Of a DNA stretch of 64,000 nt, positions 24,661 through 38,028 are shown one piece after another. The translations under genes and the position numbers were made by a program. This DNA comes from Schizochytrium sp. TIO01 (lineage: Eukaryota > Protista > Bigyra: Labyrinthulomycetes), in contig SMSO01000008.1 of assembly GCA_004764695.1 (NCBI GenBank), forward strand, positions 744,001 through 808,000, in the 5' to 3' direction. Under the pieces are notes generated by a model, which was given only the letters and a program-made list of their open reading frames with translations, had not been told where the DNA came from and ran no database searches. Within the stretch, counting starts at the first letter, position 1. Each line of letters starts with the position of its first letter.

Positions 24661-27600
24661 AGGCAAATGATAAGATACTGAAAGAAGATGGACGAATGAA
24701 CAGGAATCGCTGATGAAAGTTTCTGTCTGCCACAAGACTTCCTTCCTTCGAGTCAGCGGCTTCTCGAGAGCGGGGCCTCCGCTCCGGTTCAGAGCTTGGC
24801 ATCGCGTGTCGCTGCTCGTGGCACCGCATCCATCCTGGGCCATCCGCGCAGGCACGCAGGAGGGAGGGAGGGACACCCACTCACTCACTACTCGTTCGAG
24901 CCCACTCGCTCGAGATCCAGCGAGCGAGAGAGCGAAAGATGACCCAGCGCAGCAGCGACGACGACGACGATTTCGAGGTAGCCGGCAGCCGCCAACGTCG
25001 CAGGTCTCCCTCTCCCTCTCCCGCCAGCCTGCCATCTGCCGCCTGCGAGGTGAAAGTAACTAGCTATCTCCAGAGGGCCTGAGGCCTGAGACCTGCGTTG
25101 GATTGCGTTGCAATGCAATGCAATGCATCACATCCATCCATCAACCCGTCCAGCGAGCTCCAAGTCGATGGCGGAAGCCTTGGTTCACTTCACGCCCGGG
25201 AGACCCGGTTCTCGAGAACTTGGGGCAGACTCTCGCACGCTCGCACTCCCTCGGGGGGAGGCGACCGCGGTGAAGGCGGGCGTGGTCGGCCTTGCGCCGG
25301 CGGGGGAAGCGAAGCGTCTGAGAGCGGGACCGCCTCCGATCACATCACGCGGCAGCCGCGAACCCAGTCAGCTCCGCTTCCGGAGTCGAGAGTGCCTTCT
25401 GAGCTCCAAGTTCTTGCGTCTGCTCTGCTGTGACTGCTCTGCTGTGATCGATTGCTTTCAATGGTCGCTGTTCTTGATCGCTGTGATTGATTGTTGTGAT
25501 TGATCGCCGTGAACGATGTGATTGGTGTAATCGATGACCTTTGCAAAGCGAACCTCGACGGTGGACAAGATCGCAGCTGGACTATCATCTATTATGTGCC
25601 TGTCTGGTGGTCGATCGAGAGCGCACGAGGCAGTGATCGCGAACCGTCTCCGACCGAGTTCGCAGAGGCAGCAGCAGCAAGCAAGCAAGCAAGCAAAGCA
25701 AACAAACAAACAAACAAATAAGCACAGCCGTGGTCCAACGAAGGAGCGCGAAGAGGCTCGGATATGCTGTCGATATCGATCTTCTTCTTGATGGTAGGTA
25801 ATGCGGCATTCAGCAGAGCGAAATCGGCCCATCCTCTGTACTCTAACCTAAGGTCCCATGCGGTTGCCAGCCGCTATAGCCATCGTCGCTCGTTCATTCG
25901 CGAGATAGATCGATCGATCACTTCCTAACTTGAGTTCCTGCAAAAGAAAGGTACACACCCTCTCTCGCGATCACTCACTCACTCACTCAATCAATTCCAT
26001 CAGAGTCGTACTAACTAAAATCGAGAAAGCTACCTGTGTCTTTCAAGGGATAGACAGATATTTGGCTCGACTTGGATTTCCTTCGTCGAGCTTCCTTCCA
26101 GCGACCGAATGACGACGACGTTGTGATCGCCACGGCGGTTTTGCCTCTCTGAGTTCGCTTTGGTTACTCTGTCGTTTTGGTTTTCTAATCGAAGCTACTC
26201 ATTTTTGGATGTGAGTGCGTGTACAATTAAATTATACTCGTTCAAGCTCGACGAAGACGACGACGGCATCAATCATCGAAAGCGGCGGACGCCTCACTCG
26301 CCAGAGGCTCTGTGCCAGCGGAGAAGATTCGAGCGCCTGACTGACTGCCATCTGGCCGAGCAGGGTTCTACCTACCTGCCTGTGTGCTGTTGGTATTGAT
26401 CGCTGCTGTGGATGTCGCTGTTGCCGACCTCAAGGCCAGTGACCTGAGCGAACTCCTGAAAGCGAGCTAGCTGCTCACGAGCCACGGTGGTCTCCGAATG
26501 AGTCGAGCTTGGTCCCGGCAGCAGCCTTGGCCTCCTTGGCCTCCTCTGGCAAGGTCTCTGGCACCGCCCTCGCGTTGACTTGCTAGAGACTCGAGAGACC
26601 TCGCATGGCGGCGCTGCGACCCACGTTTATTGAAGCCTGTGGCTGACAGACAGACAGATAGACAGACAGACAGACAGGCAGACAGAGAGCCTTCGGTCCT
26701 GAAAGCGAGTCCAGACTGGGCATCCGTTTGAGCAGCAGTTGACCTTGATTGAGCTCGAGCCTCGCTCAGGAAACCCGCGCCAAGGCTGCTCAAGATGCCG
26801 CGCCAGAGCTGTTCGAGGGTCCTCTATCTATCTATCTATTTATCATCATTATTATTATCATGTCATTTGTAAATATACAAAAGAAAAAAGAAAGAAAGAC
26901 AGAAAAGATTATTTTAGTTAGTATCTTCAGAACTTAAAGTTGTACTTATTAATTCGCAACGTGGAACATCACCCCTTTTTACTTTATTCATATTCATCTT
27001 AAATTGATTAAAATAAATAAGCTGAGTAGTTTAATTATTATTACTATTTTAATTTTTAAAAAATCTAAAACATTTTAAAATGATTTTAAAAAGAAGGTAG
27101 ATTGAATATAAGTATTTCTACGGCGGTACAGCCCTTGATATATATATATGTATGTATATATGTTTTGTATTTAATTTTTTTTTCTTATATTTTAGTTTCA
27201 AGTCAGCAGAAAAGAAAAGAAACGAGAAGAAAAGAAACCAAAACAAATTCATTCCATGACTTACTACAGTTTCTATGGAATTAATTGCAAAGGGGGAACA
27301 ACAGAAGCGTGAAAACGTCTCTCTTCTAAAGTCAGTCAGTCAATCGAGCGAATTGAGGAGACAAACAGAACTAGTACCCGGCTAGCCAGTACTAGCTAGC
27401 TACCTTGAATACTGAGGAAGGGCCCGCGGCTTTTGATGACTTGCCACTTGCCATGAGCTGATGATGTTCGAGGGCGTCTGCAGCAGCAGCAGCAGCAGCT
27501 GCATCGGCCTTCGATTCATCGCTCCGATTTCTGCCTGGCTTTGATGGAGAACATCGCCTGGGTACCTACCTACCTATCATGAAATAAAACGAAACGAGGG

Positions 27601-28394
27601 GAACGCCAAAGCCAGAACCAAGGCAAAAGCCAAGAAAACCAACCACCAATGAGATCACAACATCACATCATCAGAGTGAGTGAGCTGAGTGACGTTATGG
27701 TTTCTGTCTGTTTATTTCACTCCCTTCGTTGATGGCGTTTCCATTGATCCCAATCACTTCTTCGCAGCCTCAGGTTTAATTCCTGTGTAGTAGCATGAAC
27801 CAGGCCTGGTGATTGGTTGCTATTGGTTTGGCTCTGTCATCGTACGAGAGTGCAGCTGCGCCAAATAGCTAGCTAGCTAGTTATCTAGGCGATATGCTAG
27901 CAATATGCATATATCCGTTGAATTGTGCGGTTGTGGCGTTTAGCGACAAGTGTCTTGTCTGGCACCATGAAGGCTGTCAGAACGAGGCTTCATCCGCCAT
28001 CCAGGCTACGAAAATGCTACGCGGCAAGTGCACGGGCTCTTTGCTGAGGAGAGCAGGACACGAGCGGATGCGGGTTCTAGCTTGAGTCTTTTGGCCTCAT
28101 CGCGTGGCAGCCTGTGGAGAATGGCGGAGGAGCGCGCATCAAGTTTCCAAGAAGAATTGAAACTGGCACGTGTGGAAATACTGATACTGCCGCGCTGAGG
28201 ATCAAATTGCTCGAGTAGGTGAATCAAAAAATCAAAGAACTAAACAAACAAAGAAACAAAGAAACAAAAACAAATTCATCTCGAGGGCACGAGAAGCAGG
28301 CGGTCAGTCGCACCAAGTGGGCACGACGACGATGGCAAAAAGCCACCTGCTGCTTGCTTCTTAACCCTTCTTGCGTGAATGAAATACACCATGA

Positions 28395-28442
28395 ATTCAT
28401 TCATTCATTCATTCATTCATTCATTCATCATTCATTCCCAAA

Positions 28443-28482
<40 letters not shown>

Positions 28483-28669
28483 GAAATGCACCACATCGAC
28501 CAACCCTTGGCTTCGAGGATGTGTCAATTGCAGATCCCCTCAAGACGCGATGCTCCCTCCATACCCACCTCAAGCAAGACGCTCACTTCGGAGCGGATGT
28601 GGTCTGCTGCTTCAGCTGATGTAAGTAAGCCATGAACGCATCGGGACTTCACTTCTTCACTTCGCATGT

Positions 28670-28712
<43 letters not shown>

Positions 28713-28744
28713 TGTTTCTATGCCTGCCTGCCTGCCTGCCTGCC
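28395..28744. repeat. Cluster of tetranucleotide microsatellites: (ATTC)n, (GTAA)n, (TTGC)n, (CTGC)n
   Basis: Read directly at about 28395-28437, 28443-28481 and 28670-28744. Confidence 0.9.
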
Positions 28745-31700
28745 TGGAAAAGGTACCAGGTACCTTCTGTTCGCATATCTCGCTTGGCCGTGGCATGCAG
28801 CAGCACACCGTCGACAGGTCTCGCTCGCTCTGGTGCATTTCGTTCCGATGGCTTTGTCGCACCGGGAGCAGAACATCGGTACCGCGCCGCATGAGACGCC
28901 AAAGCAGCTAGCTTGGCGACCTTCCAGGCCTGCTTGCAGAGGCCTGCTAGTAGCTTTCGAGGGGGTCCTTCAGGAGCAGCGCCACAGAAGAGCACCCATT
29001 GCTTTGTTTGCCATAATTATGACACAGACATTCGATATACTATGTGCATATTTATTTCTATGGATCGACGGTTTCTGTAATGCATGATATGCATGATGTT
29101 CCCAATTTTTTTTTTCTCTTTTCTTTCTTTGTTAACCCCCCAAAGAAGAAGAAGAAGAGGAGGTAAGATGAAATGGAAAATGAAAAGTCTGGTTGAAGAG
29201 CTCAGCGAAGAAAAGGAAAGTGAGGTAGGCCGGAGGGTTGCGTAGATAACGTTGGCCTTTCACACTACTGAGATGGGAGAAAGCGAGCGTCGACCGCTTA
29301 TAACCAACCCTCCAAAGGCAAGCGAAAGGTGCCTGAACCCGCTCCTTGCCCTGCATAGTTTTCCGGCGATTCTTATTAAAATTTCATTAAAAATAAAAAC
29401 ATTAAGTGAACAACTTCTTGAACCTTCTTCAATGAATGAATGATTGATTGATTGATTGATTGGGGATTGATTGTTGGAAAAGCAACCATCTCAGACAGGT
29501 AATAAAACGATCGAAACCCCCCTCGTAGAGGAAACGCTTTTAATATTTTGTTATTTTAGTTTAAATTAATAAATATGATACATCATATTGAGAATATAAA
29601 TTGAAGTTTATAACAGTAATAAAACGACTCAAAAGGAGGGCTCGGAGAAAGCAAGCAAGGAAGGAAAGGGGGGAAAAGGAAAAAAAGAAAAAGAAAAAGA
29701 AAGAAGAAAGAAGAAAAAGCTCTTGTTTTAGTCTGTTTTCCGCGCTTCGCTAGCAAGGTGTGTGCAGTCGCCATCCATGTACCCAAAGCGCGGACGGCCG
29801 CGTAAAAGAATTGTCGGAGCGAGACCAGCAATTCCTTTATCTTAACAGGTCTCGTTTCCGGGCAGGTCGTAGGCGATAGGGTAGTGGGGGCCTAGTTGGG
29901 TGCTGAGAGGAGTTGCGGTTCTTCTTGTTACTATTAAAAAAATAAAATTAAAAAAAAATATTTTGAATATAATAAAATAAACTAAAAGTGCCTTTGGTAG
30001 TAGTTATAGTAATGCCAGGTGATCCGAAGCAATCGCCGCCTCGAGACCATAGGATGTGTGCATGTATGTCTGTTCCTCGTTTGATCACCATCGGATCTGC
30101 AGTAAGCTGTGGAAACGGAGAGTTGACGACACTCGCAGCGATCGCAATGCTCTGTTCTGAGAGTAGGCAGGATGTATTACTAGAGCACCCAACAACTTTA
30201 ATTCATTCTATCTATCTATCTACTATCTATCCATTTCATCTCACCTCATTTCATGTTATGTTATATTATGTTATGTTATGCTATGTTATGTTATGTTATG
30301 TTATGTTTAATGAAATAAAACAAACTTTCAAGAAAGGCGGGAAACAGAAAATGAATCAGAAACTGATGCAATAAGTCGATGCGGAGGATACAGCTCAGAT
30401 TGAAAGGCAAGCGACCTCGTGGCAATTCGAGGAGGGAGATTGCCATCGCATACGACGGCTTTAGATTCCGCAGCAGCTGTAAACCACCCCGTCGAGAAGC
30501 AGACCCGACGGATCAGACGCCTGCAAGTCAGCCTCAATCGGACAGTCGGTAGGTATCAATTAATTATGTTTATACAGACATAGACATAGAGCTTGGCGGA
30601 CTCTAGCGGCTCGTAGCGAAGTCCTAACAGGGCGGGGTCCAGATCGCGTGGAATTGCATTGCAATTGCAATGACAATGACAACGATTCATGGACAGGTTT
30701 GACAGACGTACTGCAGACATAGGATCAGACGCCTCGAGGACTTTTGGACAGCTTTGGGGAGATTCAAGAGGCGATGGCTCGCAGCACCTGCGAAGTGTTT
30801 GGGGATGTGTATTAGCCATCGCGGCTGAGTTCTTCAAGCTGCAGGCTCTGCTGTTATAAACGTTGATGTTTTAAGGTTGTTGTTTTAATGTTGTAGTTGT
30901 TGTTGTCAACGTTGTTGTTAACGTTGTTGTTAACGTTGCTGCTCACAGCGTGAGACCCTGTAGACCGGTAGCTCTGATTTGCTAATCTGATTTGCCCAGC
31001 ACCGAGGACAAGACGCAGCTTTGCTTTCGGGCTTGCTGGTTTCTTCTTCGTAGAAGACAAAGACCTTCTTGCAGCTCAGAATCGCTTCGCAGGATCGCTT
31101 CGGTTTAGCTTGCTTTTGCTTTGATTTGCTTCAGTAGTTGGCCTTGTTGGATCCAAGTGCTGCGAAGGCCTTTGACACACTCACGGATCGCTTGGATCTC
31201 TGTGAACTCATTGGCACATTCGCACGTTACAGGTGTGTACCCTGAGATCTAGCCCACGGAGCAGAGCCCAACGGAGCTGATCCTGGACCCCAAATTGGCG
31301 CGCCTTCGAGACAGGAGGCCGAGCTGCAACTCAAGCTGACAAGGTCCTCGCAGTCGAGGGCATGCGATGCTGAATGATTTGGCGTGCGATGCAAAGGAGC
31401 TACGCATGTAGCAGCAGAGTTGCTGCGAAACGAAAGAAGAAACCGAAACCGTGCATCTTTTAGCTGAATAAATATGAGGAAACGAATAAATGAATAAATG
31501 AATGAATGAATGAATGAATGAATGAATGAATGAATGAATGAATGAATGAATATGACCAATCTGTATAAATTTAGGTACATGCGTACAATACTGCGATGAA
31601 AGCTCTCGATCGTGGCCTCAGCTCCTCTTTGCAGGGCCTAAGGTCGTGAAAGAAGGGCAACCGCGCAGCAGCAGAAGTTATTTTGGCCTCGAGAAGTGCA

Positions 31701-34700
31701 AAGGCGTCGCGAATTGTGCCTCAAATGAAATAAATGCAAAGGAACTTTGACAATAAGCTCATTTATTATTTTTTTTTCATTCATTCATTCATTCATTCAT
31801 TCATTCATTCATTGATTCATTGTTTCTTTCTTTCTTAAGATAGTGAGGAGAGAAGAGGAAGGAAGTTCTATGATGAAACCATTCTTGGACTGTCGCCGTT
31901 GCTGCGCAGAGACCATTACAAGTTTAGTGAGGCAGATAGGAGTTCGATCGATTGGCGGCGATTGAGAGTGAAAAAGGCGCCTGAGGCCGAACTGTCGATC
32001 GGATCGGCAGTTCGAGCGAGAGGTATCGTCGAAGGAGAGGCTTAAGGGAGGAGTCTCAACCTGTGTTTTGTCGTAAGCTATTGCTTGTTTTTTGGTGGTA
32101 ATCGGAGTTAGTTACTTCTCCGCCTTCCAACTTGAAAGAATGGCTTGAAAGAAAGAAGTTCTCATTAACCCTTTCATGTTTATCACCTTTTAAAAATAAA
32201 TAAATAAAGAAAGATATATATGTGTTTGATGATGCGAATCCTCCTAAGAAAGGTAGCAGGCTGTTTAGAGGAGAAATGAGAGAAAAGAAAAGAAAAGAAA
32301 AGAAAACACAACACAACACAATGGTCGCTCAGGAAAAGAAGAAGAAGAAGAAGAAGAAGAAGAAGAAGAAGAAGAACGAATGCAGCATTCGTGTTTCTCA
32401 TTCAGACAGAAGGACTTTGTCAAGGCATGTTAAAAAACTGCACTATTCGTGCCAAAGCTGCGTGGTCTTAGGAGCTTCTAGCAACGTAAGGTGAGAACGC
32501 GGCCATCGACACGAGTGCCTACAGAAGGCTGATGTCTATTGTTTTGCAATTCCTCTAGCTAGAGATGTTCCAATTCAGAGGATGGCAACAACATTTATTT
32601 ATTTATTTATTTATTTAACCATAGCACCTTTTTTCGTTTTATAATGTGAAATCAAAGGATCAATAAATATTTTTAAAGAAATTATAAATACACACAAATA
32701 TGGAGGTTCGCCTGGTGAAAATTCATCTTTTCCTTACAATTGGCCTCGTGCAAACGGATTTACAAGACCACTCTATGCGGCAGCAGCAAATTGAAAAGCT
32801 CAGTTTGAGAAGCGCGAAAGATATGGTTATTCTTCGGTAATCGCGTCCTCAGCATGCGCAGCTAGTTCCAGTATATCTATGTATGTATACATGTACTTAT
32901 GTATGTATGGAAGAGCATATACCAACTTGAAACGTTAGAGCTGATCGAAAGCGGCGGCTTTTTTTATTTTTACTTTTTATTTTTTAATATAAAAAATAAG
33001 CCTTATGTATATATATATATCCTTTTTTGCATTTTGGAGTGCGTGAATTCGCGAGGCCGTGTACATGCTAGTGTCATTTGAGGGATATGCTAGAGGCTAG
33101 TGAACTGCAGGGAGGGACTCTTAGAAGTCCAGCAATGCTTCAAACGTATGCGCCGCTTCCACTTCGCCGCAGCTACTGTCGCGAAAGAGCTTCGATCGAA
33201 AGCCAAAACTGAGGTCTGAAAGAGAAAGATGGGCGTTATTCTGCACAAATGCTAATAAAGCAGATAATTTAATAGATGAAAAAGGAATTAAAAAATTGAG
33301 ATCTTAGCGCTTTTTCTTTTTCTTTTTCTTTTTCTTTTCTGATGCAGTTGCAAATATGAGAACCGCATTGGTGCTGCTGCAAATGAGAAGCTTCGTCGTT
33401 ATGGCTGTGCTGCTGCAGTTATGGTTCCACTCTGCAGGGCTGATTCTCGATGGAGGAGCGGGAGTGTCCAGATAATATGGCCACGCAGTCATTCAGCCCG
33501 ACTGACTGACTCTGGCTTTTGCTGGAGCAGGCTCTGCTCAGAAAGCGGCTTTCAAAAGGCGGAAAAGCTTGGTCAACGGCTTATTAGTCCATTCAATCCT
33601 ACAAAGTGATTTCATATCATGTTGAGCGATCGATTTAATTTTAATTTGTTTTAAATTTATTTTTAATATAAATTAAGATAATAATAATAATAAATGTTTT
33701 TGTTTTTTGTTTTTTTATTCGAACACACATGTACTTACATGAGTGCAGAGCGGAAGAAACAGGAATGGTGTAATACGACGCCGTCTCATCAGGAGGTTTG
33801 TATTATTTAAAATTAAAATTAAAATAGATCAATAGAAATCGCTCTTCTCTTAGTGTCGTTAAGAAAGAAGGCGCATAGATGTAGTTAGTGTGTATGATCT
33901 ATTGCGCGCATGGAGCGAGATTTTGGTCAGTTTGGCTGAGATGGAGAGCACGCAAGACTTGCCTTCAGAGCTTTGGCGGATTGGAACAGCTGCCGATCAG
34001 TGGATTCTTGGATTCGAAAGGCATTGTGGATGACGACGACGTTCTCGAGTGCCGGTATACTTCCTTCCTTCGTGTTTGTAATCAGTCGAGGCCGTTCAGA
34101 AGTAAGGGCGCTGGAGTGTAAGAGCGAGACTTACAGAGGAGCAAATAATTAATTTCCCATTCCAGGTCCTTCAGAACGGTTAGAAACCAGCTGGTTGGTG
34201 TAAGGCAGATGCAGCACGGGATGTGATAGCTTGCTTGCTGCTCACTGCCAGGTCGCCCGCCAGATGCTGCCAGCGGCGTTGGCGTTGAGCCTTTCTAGAT
34301 CATCATGAAGAAGCAGGCATCTGGTTTTTAGGTAATTCGCAACAAGTGCGGCTGTTCAAGATGGGGAAGCATTGAGATAACGCACTCTACAGAGACAACA
34401 GACATACATAAGATCTTTGCTTTGACTCGACGTATTGTTTGGTCGTGACTTCCAGGCTGCAGGTCTTCTTGGTTGAAATGCAGCTGCAAACAAATGGATG
34501 GAGAAAAAGGTGCTGCTGTTGTTCATTGGTTGGGGCTGATTCTGATACCAACACCGATGCCTTGCTCCCATAACTTTGCACTGCATGCGCCTTCCGTGAG
34601 GTTTTCAACGCAAACTGACCTATTCGGAGAGGGCGATGGACGCCTTCGCATTAATGCAGTTGTGCGCAAGAACCGAAAGAAAAGAAGAAGAAAAGATAAA

Positions 34701-35309
34701 GTATGCATAAGTTGATAATGTCTGTTATGATTGCTTTAAGCTACCATCGCTTTCCTGAAACTGAAGAATGAATTTCATTGATATTTCCAAAACAAAACAA
34801 AACAACACAAAAAAAGACTTGCCAATGAAAAGTTAAAATGTTATAATAGCAATACCAATACCAATACCAATAACAATAAGCATCATAAATAAAAATGTGA
34901 GTCTCTCCACTGAGGTAGCTGCTGCAAGCAGCCTTGAAAAGATTGGCGTGTGCTGCGTCAAAGGGCCAGCACACCTCCCTCAGTCTACCTTCCACGAGGA
35001 GCAGGCGAGCGAGAGGGGAAAAAGGTACGCTACCAATGGCACTGCGATTTCCACTTCGCATTTCAAGTTGGTAAATTGCTGGTTAGTCTGTACATCTTAC
35101 AAGAACCAAAGAAGGAAGGAGTATTCATTCCCCCACCCACCCCCTTTTTATTCGAGGTAAACGAAAACTTCTTTTATAAAAATGTGTTGTAGTAGTGGGT
35201 TTTCACCTCTTTTTTATATTTTATTATTTTTATTTATAATTCTGTGTCTGTGGTGGATGTGAGGTGAGAGAAAGGGCCGTGAGTGAGCGGCTGTTTTATT
35301 TTGTTTGTT

Positions 35310-35673
35310 GTTTGTTTGTTTGTTTGTTTGTTTGTTTGTTTGTTTGTTTGTTTGTTTGTTTGTTTGTTTGTTTGTTTGTTTGTTTGTTTGTTTGTTTGTT
35401 TGTTTGTTTGTTTGTTTGTTTGTTTGTTTGTTTGTTTGTTTGTTTGTTTGTTTGTTTGTTTGTTTGTTTGTTTGTTTGTTTGTTTGTTTGTTTGTTTGTT
35501 TGTTTGTTTGTTTGTTTGTTTGTTTGTTTGTTTGTTTGTTTGTTTGTTTGTTTGTTTGTTTGTTTGTTTGTTTGTTTGTTTGTTTGTTTGTTTGTTTGTT
35601 TGTTTGTTTGTTTGTTTGTTTGTTTGTTTGTTTGTTTGTTTGTTTGTTTGTTTGTTTGTTTGTTTGTTTGTTT
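35310..35673. repeat. Very long perfect (GTTT)n microsatellite, about 90 units
   Basis: Uninterrupted run of about 360 bp. It generates the spurious (VCLF)n ORFs. Confidence 0.97.
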
Positions 35674-36049
35674 CGCTCCCCCTTTTATAAAATTATAATG
35701 TTATAATTTTATAGTTTCTATAATTTTATAGTTTAGTTTTTAAAGGTTCTTCCTCTCCTCTCTAAAATTCTGAACAGAGAGTGCCTCTCTGTAAAACCTA
35801 AAAAAATGAATTGATTCGTTCACCACCTGCAGTCTGATCACACGGTGAAATCTCAAAAAGCAAACCCATAACTACATACATCTATATCTGCGCAGCGATC
35901 TGTCACAGCAGAGGCGAATTGACCAACCAGCAATCTCGATAACACCCACCTGAATAGCGGGGGCGAAATTGGCAAGGTCCTGCAAAACCAAAACTCAGCT
36001 CGAGAGCTTTGCCGACACAAGAACAAGAACAAGAGTCAAAGTTTGCAAA

Positions 36050-37030
36050 ATGACCAAAGCTTTCGTGCTTGCCATTATGGCCACTCTTATGGCCTCCGCC
36101 CAAGCATGTGGCGTTGAGCACATTAGCTCCTTGCGTGATTATGCTGCCACAGAGGAGGGTGGTCGCATGCTTCGCGGAAACTCCATCAGCGGTACCTACT
36201 GCGAGCTTGCAGAGCAGTCGCCCATTAACCTACCATCATTACCCTCAGTGCAGACATTGACCCCTGAGCAGGCCTACTCGGCTATCGAGATCGAGTACGA
36301 GGATGTAGACCACGGCCACTGGGTCCTTGAGAACCTTGGAGGCACCATTGAGATGGTCCCCGAGAACATTACGATTCTCGTTCGTCACAACAGTCTCGCT
36401 TACATGGAGGGCCGTAGCTCTGACGTCAACATGACTTACCAGGTTGCCCAGTTTCACTTCCACTGGGATACTTCATTCACCGGTTATGGTAGTGAGCACA
36501 CCCGTGGCATGGACTCCTACCCGATTGAAATGCACATTGTTACCTTTAACACCAAGTACGGCGACATTAGCACTGCTGCTGGCAACCCCGACGGCCTTCT
36601 TGTGATTGGTGTCTTTGGCAAGAAGACCACCTCTAAGAATGCTCAGTTTGAGAAGATTGTCGATACAATCGTCGAGGCGGAGGAGTCTGATGCCGGTTTC
36701 CTCAAGGATGCCGAGGTCGAGGTCGAGGAGTTCTCTCTTGAGGAGATGCTCTCTAGTGTTGACCTTGCCAAGTACGATACTTACAAGGGTTCCCTCACCA
36801 CTCCGTCCTGTAACCAGGTTGTTACCTGGGTGGTCATGCACGACGAACTCCGCCTCAGCCGCTCGCAGATTCAGACCTTCCAAGACGCTCACAAGGATGA
36901 CGATACCAAGATTGCCCCCAACTACCGCGAGGTTCTTCCTCGCAATGGTCGTGCTGTCTTCCGCTCCCAAAACCTCTGCAAGAGCTTCAACTGCCGCATG
37001 GAGTCCATGCTCAACCAGTTGGGTCTTTAA
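36050..37030 (+). CDS. Secreted alpha-carbonic anhydrase
   Basis: Signal peptide MTKAFVLAIMATLMASAQA. Motifs QSPIN, QFHFHW, GSEH, EMHIV and YKGSLTTPSC, with the three Zn-binding His intact. Confidence 0.95.
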   Translation: MTKAFVLAIMATLMASAQACGVEHISSLRDYAATEEGGRMLRGNSISGTYCELAEQSPINLPSLPSVQTLTPEQAYSAIEIEYEDVDHGHWVLENLGGTIEMVPENITILVRHNSLAYMEGRSSDVNMTYQVAQFHFHWDTSFTGYGSEHTRGMDSYPIEMHIVTFNTKYGDISTAAGNPDGLLVIGVFGKKTTSKNAQFEKIVDTIVEAEESDAGFLKDAEVEVEEFSLEEMLSSVDLAKYDTYKGSLTTPSCNQVVTWVVMHDELRLSRSQIQTFQDAHKDDDTKIAPNYREVLPRNGRAVFRSQNLCKSFNCRMESMLNQLGL

Positions 37031-38028
37031 ATCTGCTTGAGAATGTTCGTGTAGCTCGTCAGTGGATTTTCTTGTGATGATGATGACGATGAAGCAAGTG
37101 CTTTGCAAATTTGATGAATATTGGAACATGTAGTCTAATTAAGGACTTCTCTCATCTTAGGTAGCATCTCATCATCATAGACCTTTTTAAAAACTGCCGG
37201 AACGGGAGCTTCCTTATGCAAATAAAAATCATACGTGACCACTACCACCCAGTTCCTGTAGTAGTCAACCAACCATCAGAGATACAACTTTCTATAACTT
37301 CCCTTGAGCTGCCATTGCTGACCGTTTATACAACCTCGTTATGCTTTCCAATAAATTCGGAGTTTATAGTAACACAAAACAAAGAACATGCGCTCATGGC
37401 AAGTCTAGCTTTTGCCAATCAGCTGGCAGCTTTGTTCAAGTAATAGTAGCTCGCTCAGGGTTTTATAATAATTAGTGAATTATGCCTAACTTTGTGTTTG
37501 TTTCCATTCTCAAATCTTTTTAAACCACTTGCTCAGATCTATTGTTAAGCCCCGCTCACATCAGTTCTTAATTTTAGTATCTCAAAAGCCGGCAGCCCAA
37601 CATCCAACCAACCCCACTTCTTTGTTTCAGTACCTCAAAAGCAAGATGCGATTCAGAAAAAATGTTTGCAAGATCAAAATTCGAAAATGATTCACTAATT
37701 CCAAAAGATGGGAAACCATTGAACTGAAAAGAAGTCTGCTGCTGTGTTGTTATGGTCTTCGTTCCTTTCTAGTGTCGTGACGCAACAACTTCATCATATA
37801 GGCAGCTCCCTAATGGTGCTAGTGTGTAATCGCATAATTATAGCAGGGAACATCTTGTAAAAGTTAATGACATATGCTTTCACTTAATCGCCGTCACTGT
37901 TGTTGTTTTACTTGTTGTAATCATCTAGTTTTGCAAGTAAATACAAGAGGGAAGGCGCCCATCATATTTGGACTACATTCTCGTTCTTTCTATCAGCAGG
38001 TGCAATAGCCACCCATCCATAACATTCG

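Noticed and set aside
33773-33792. Minus-strand CTGATGA-GAC-GGC-GTC resembling a hammerhead core
   Set aside because: Followed by GTAT instead of GAAA, with no other stems.
35264-35706. (VCLF)n ORFs in three frames
   Set aside because: Translation of the GTTT microsatellite.
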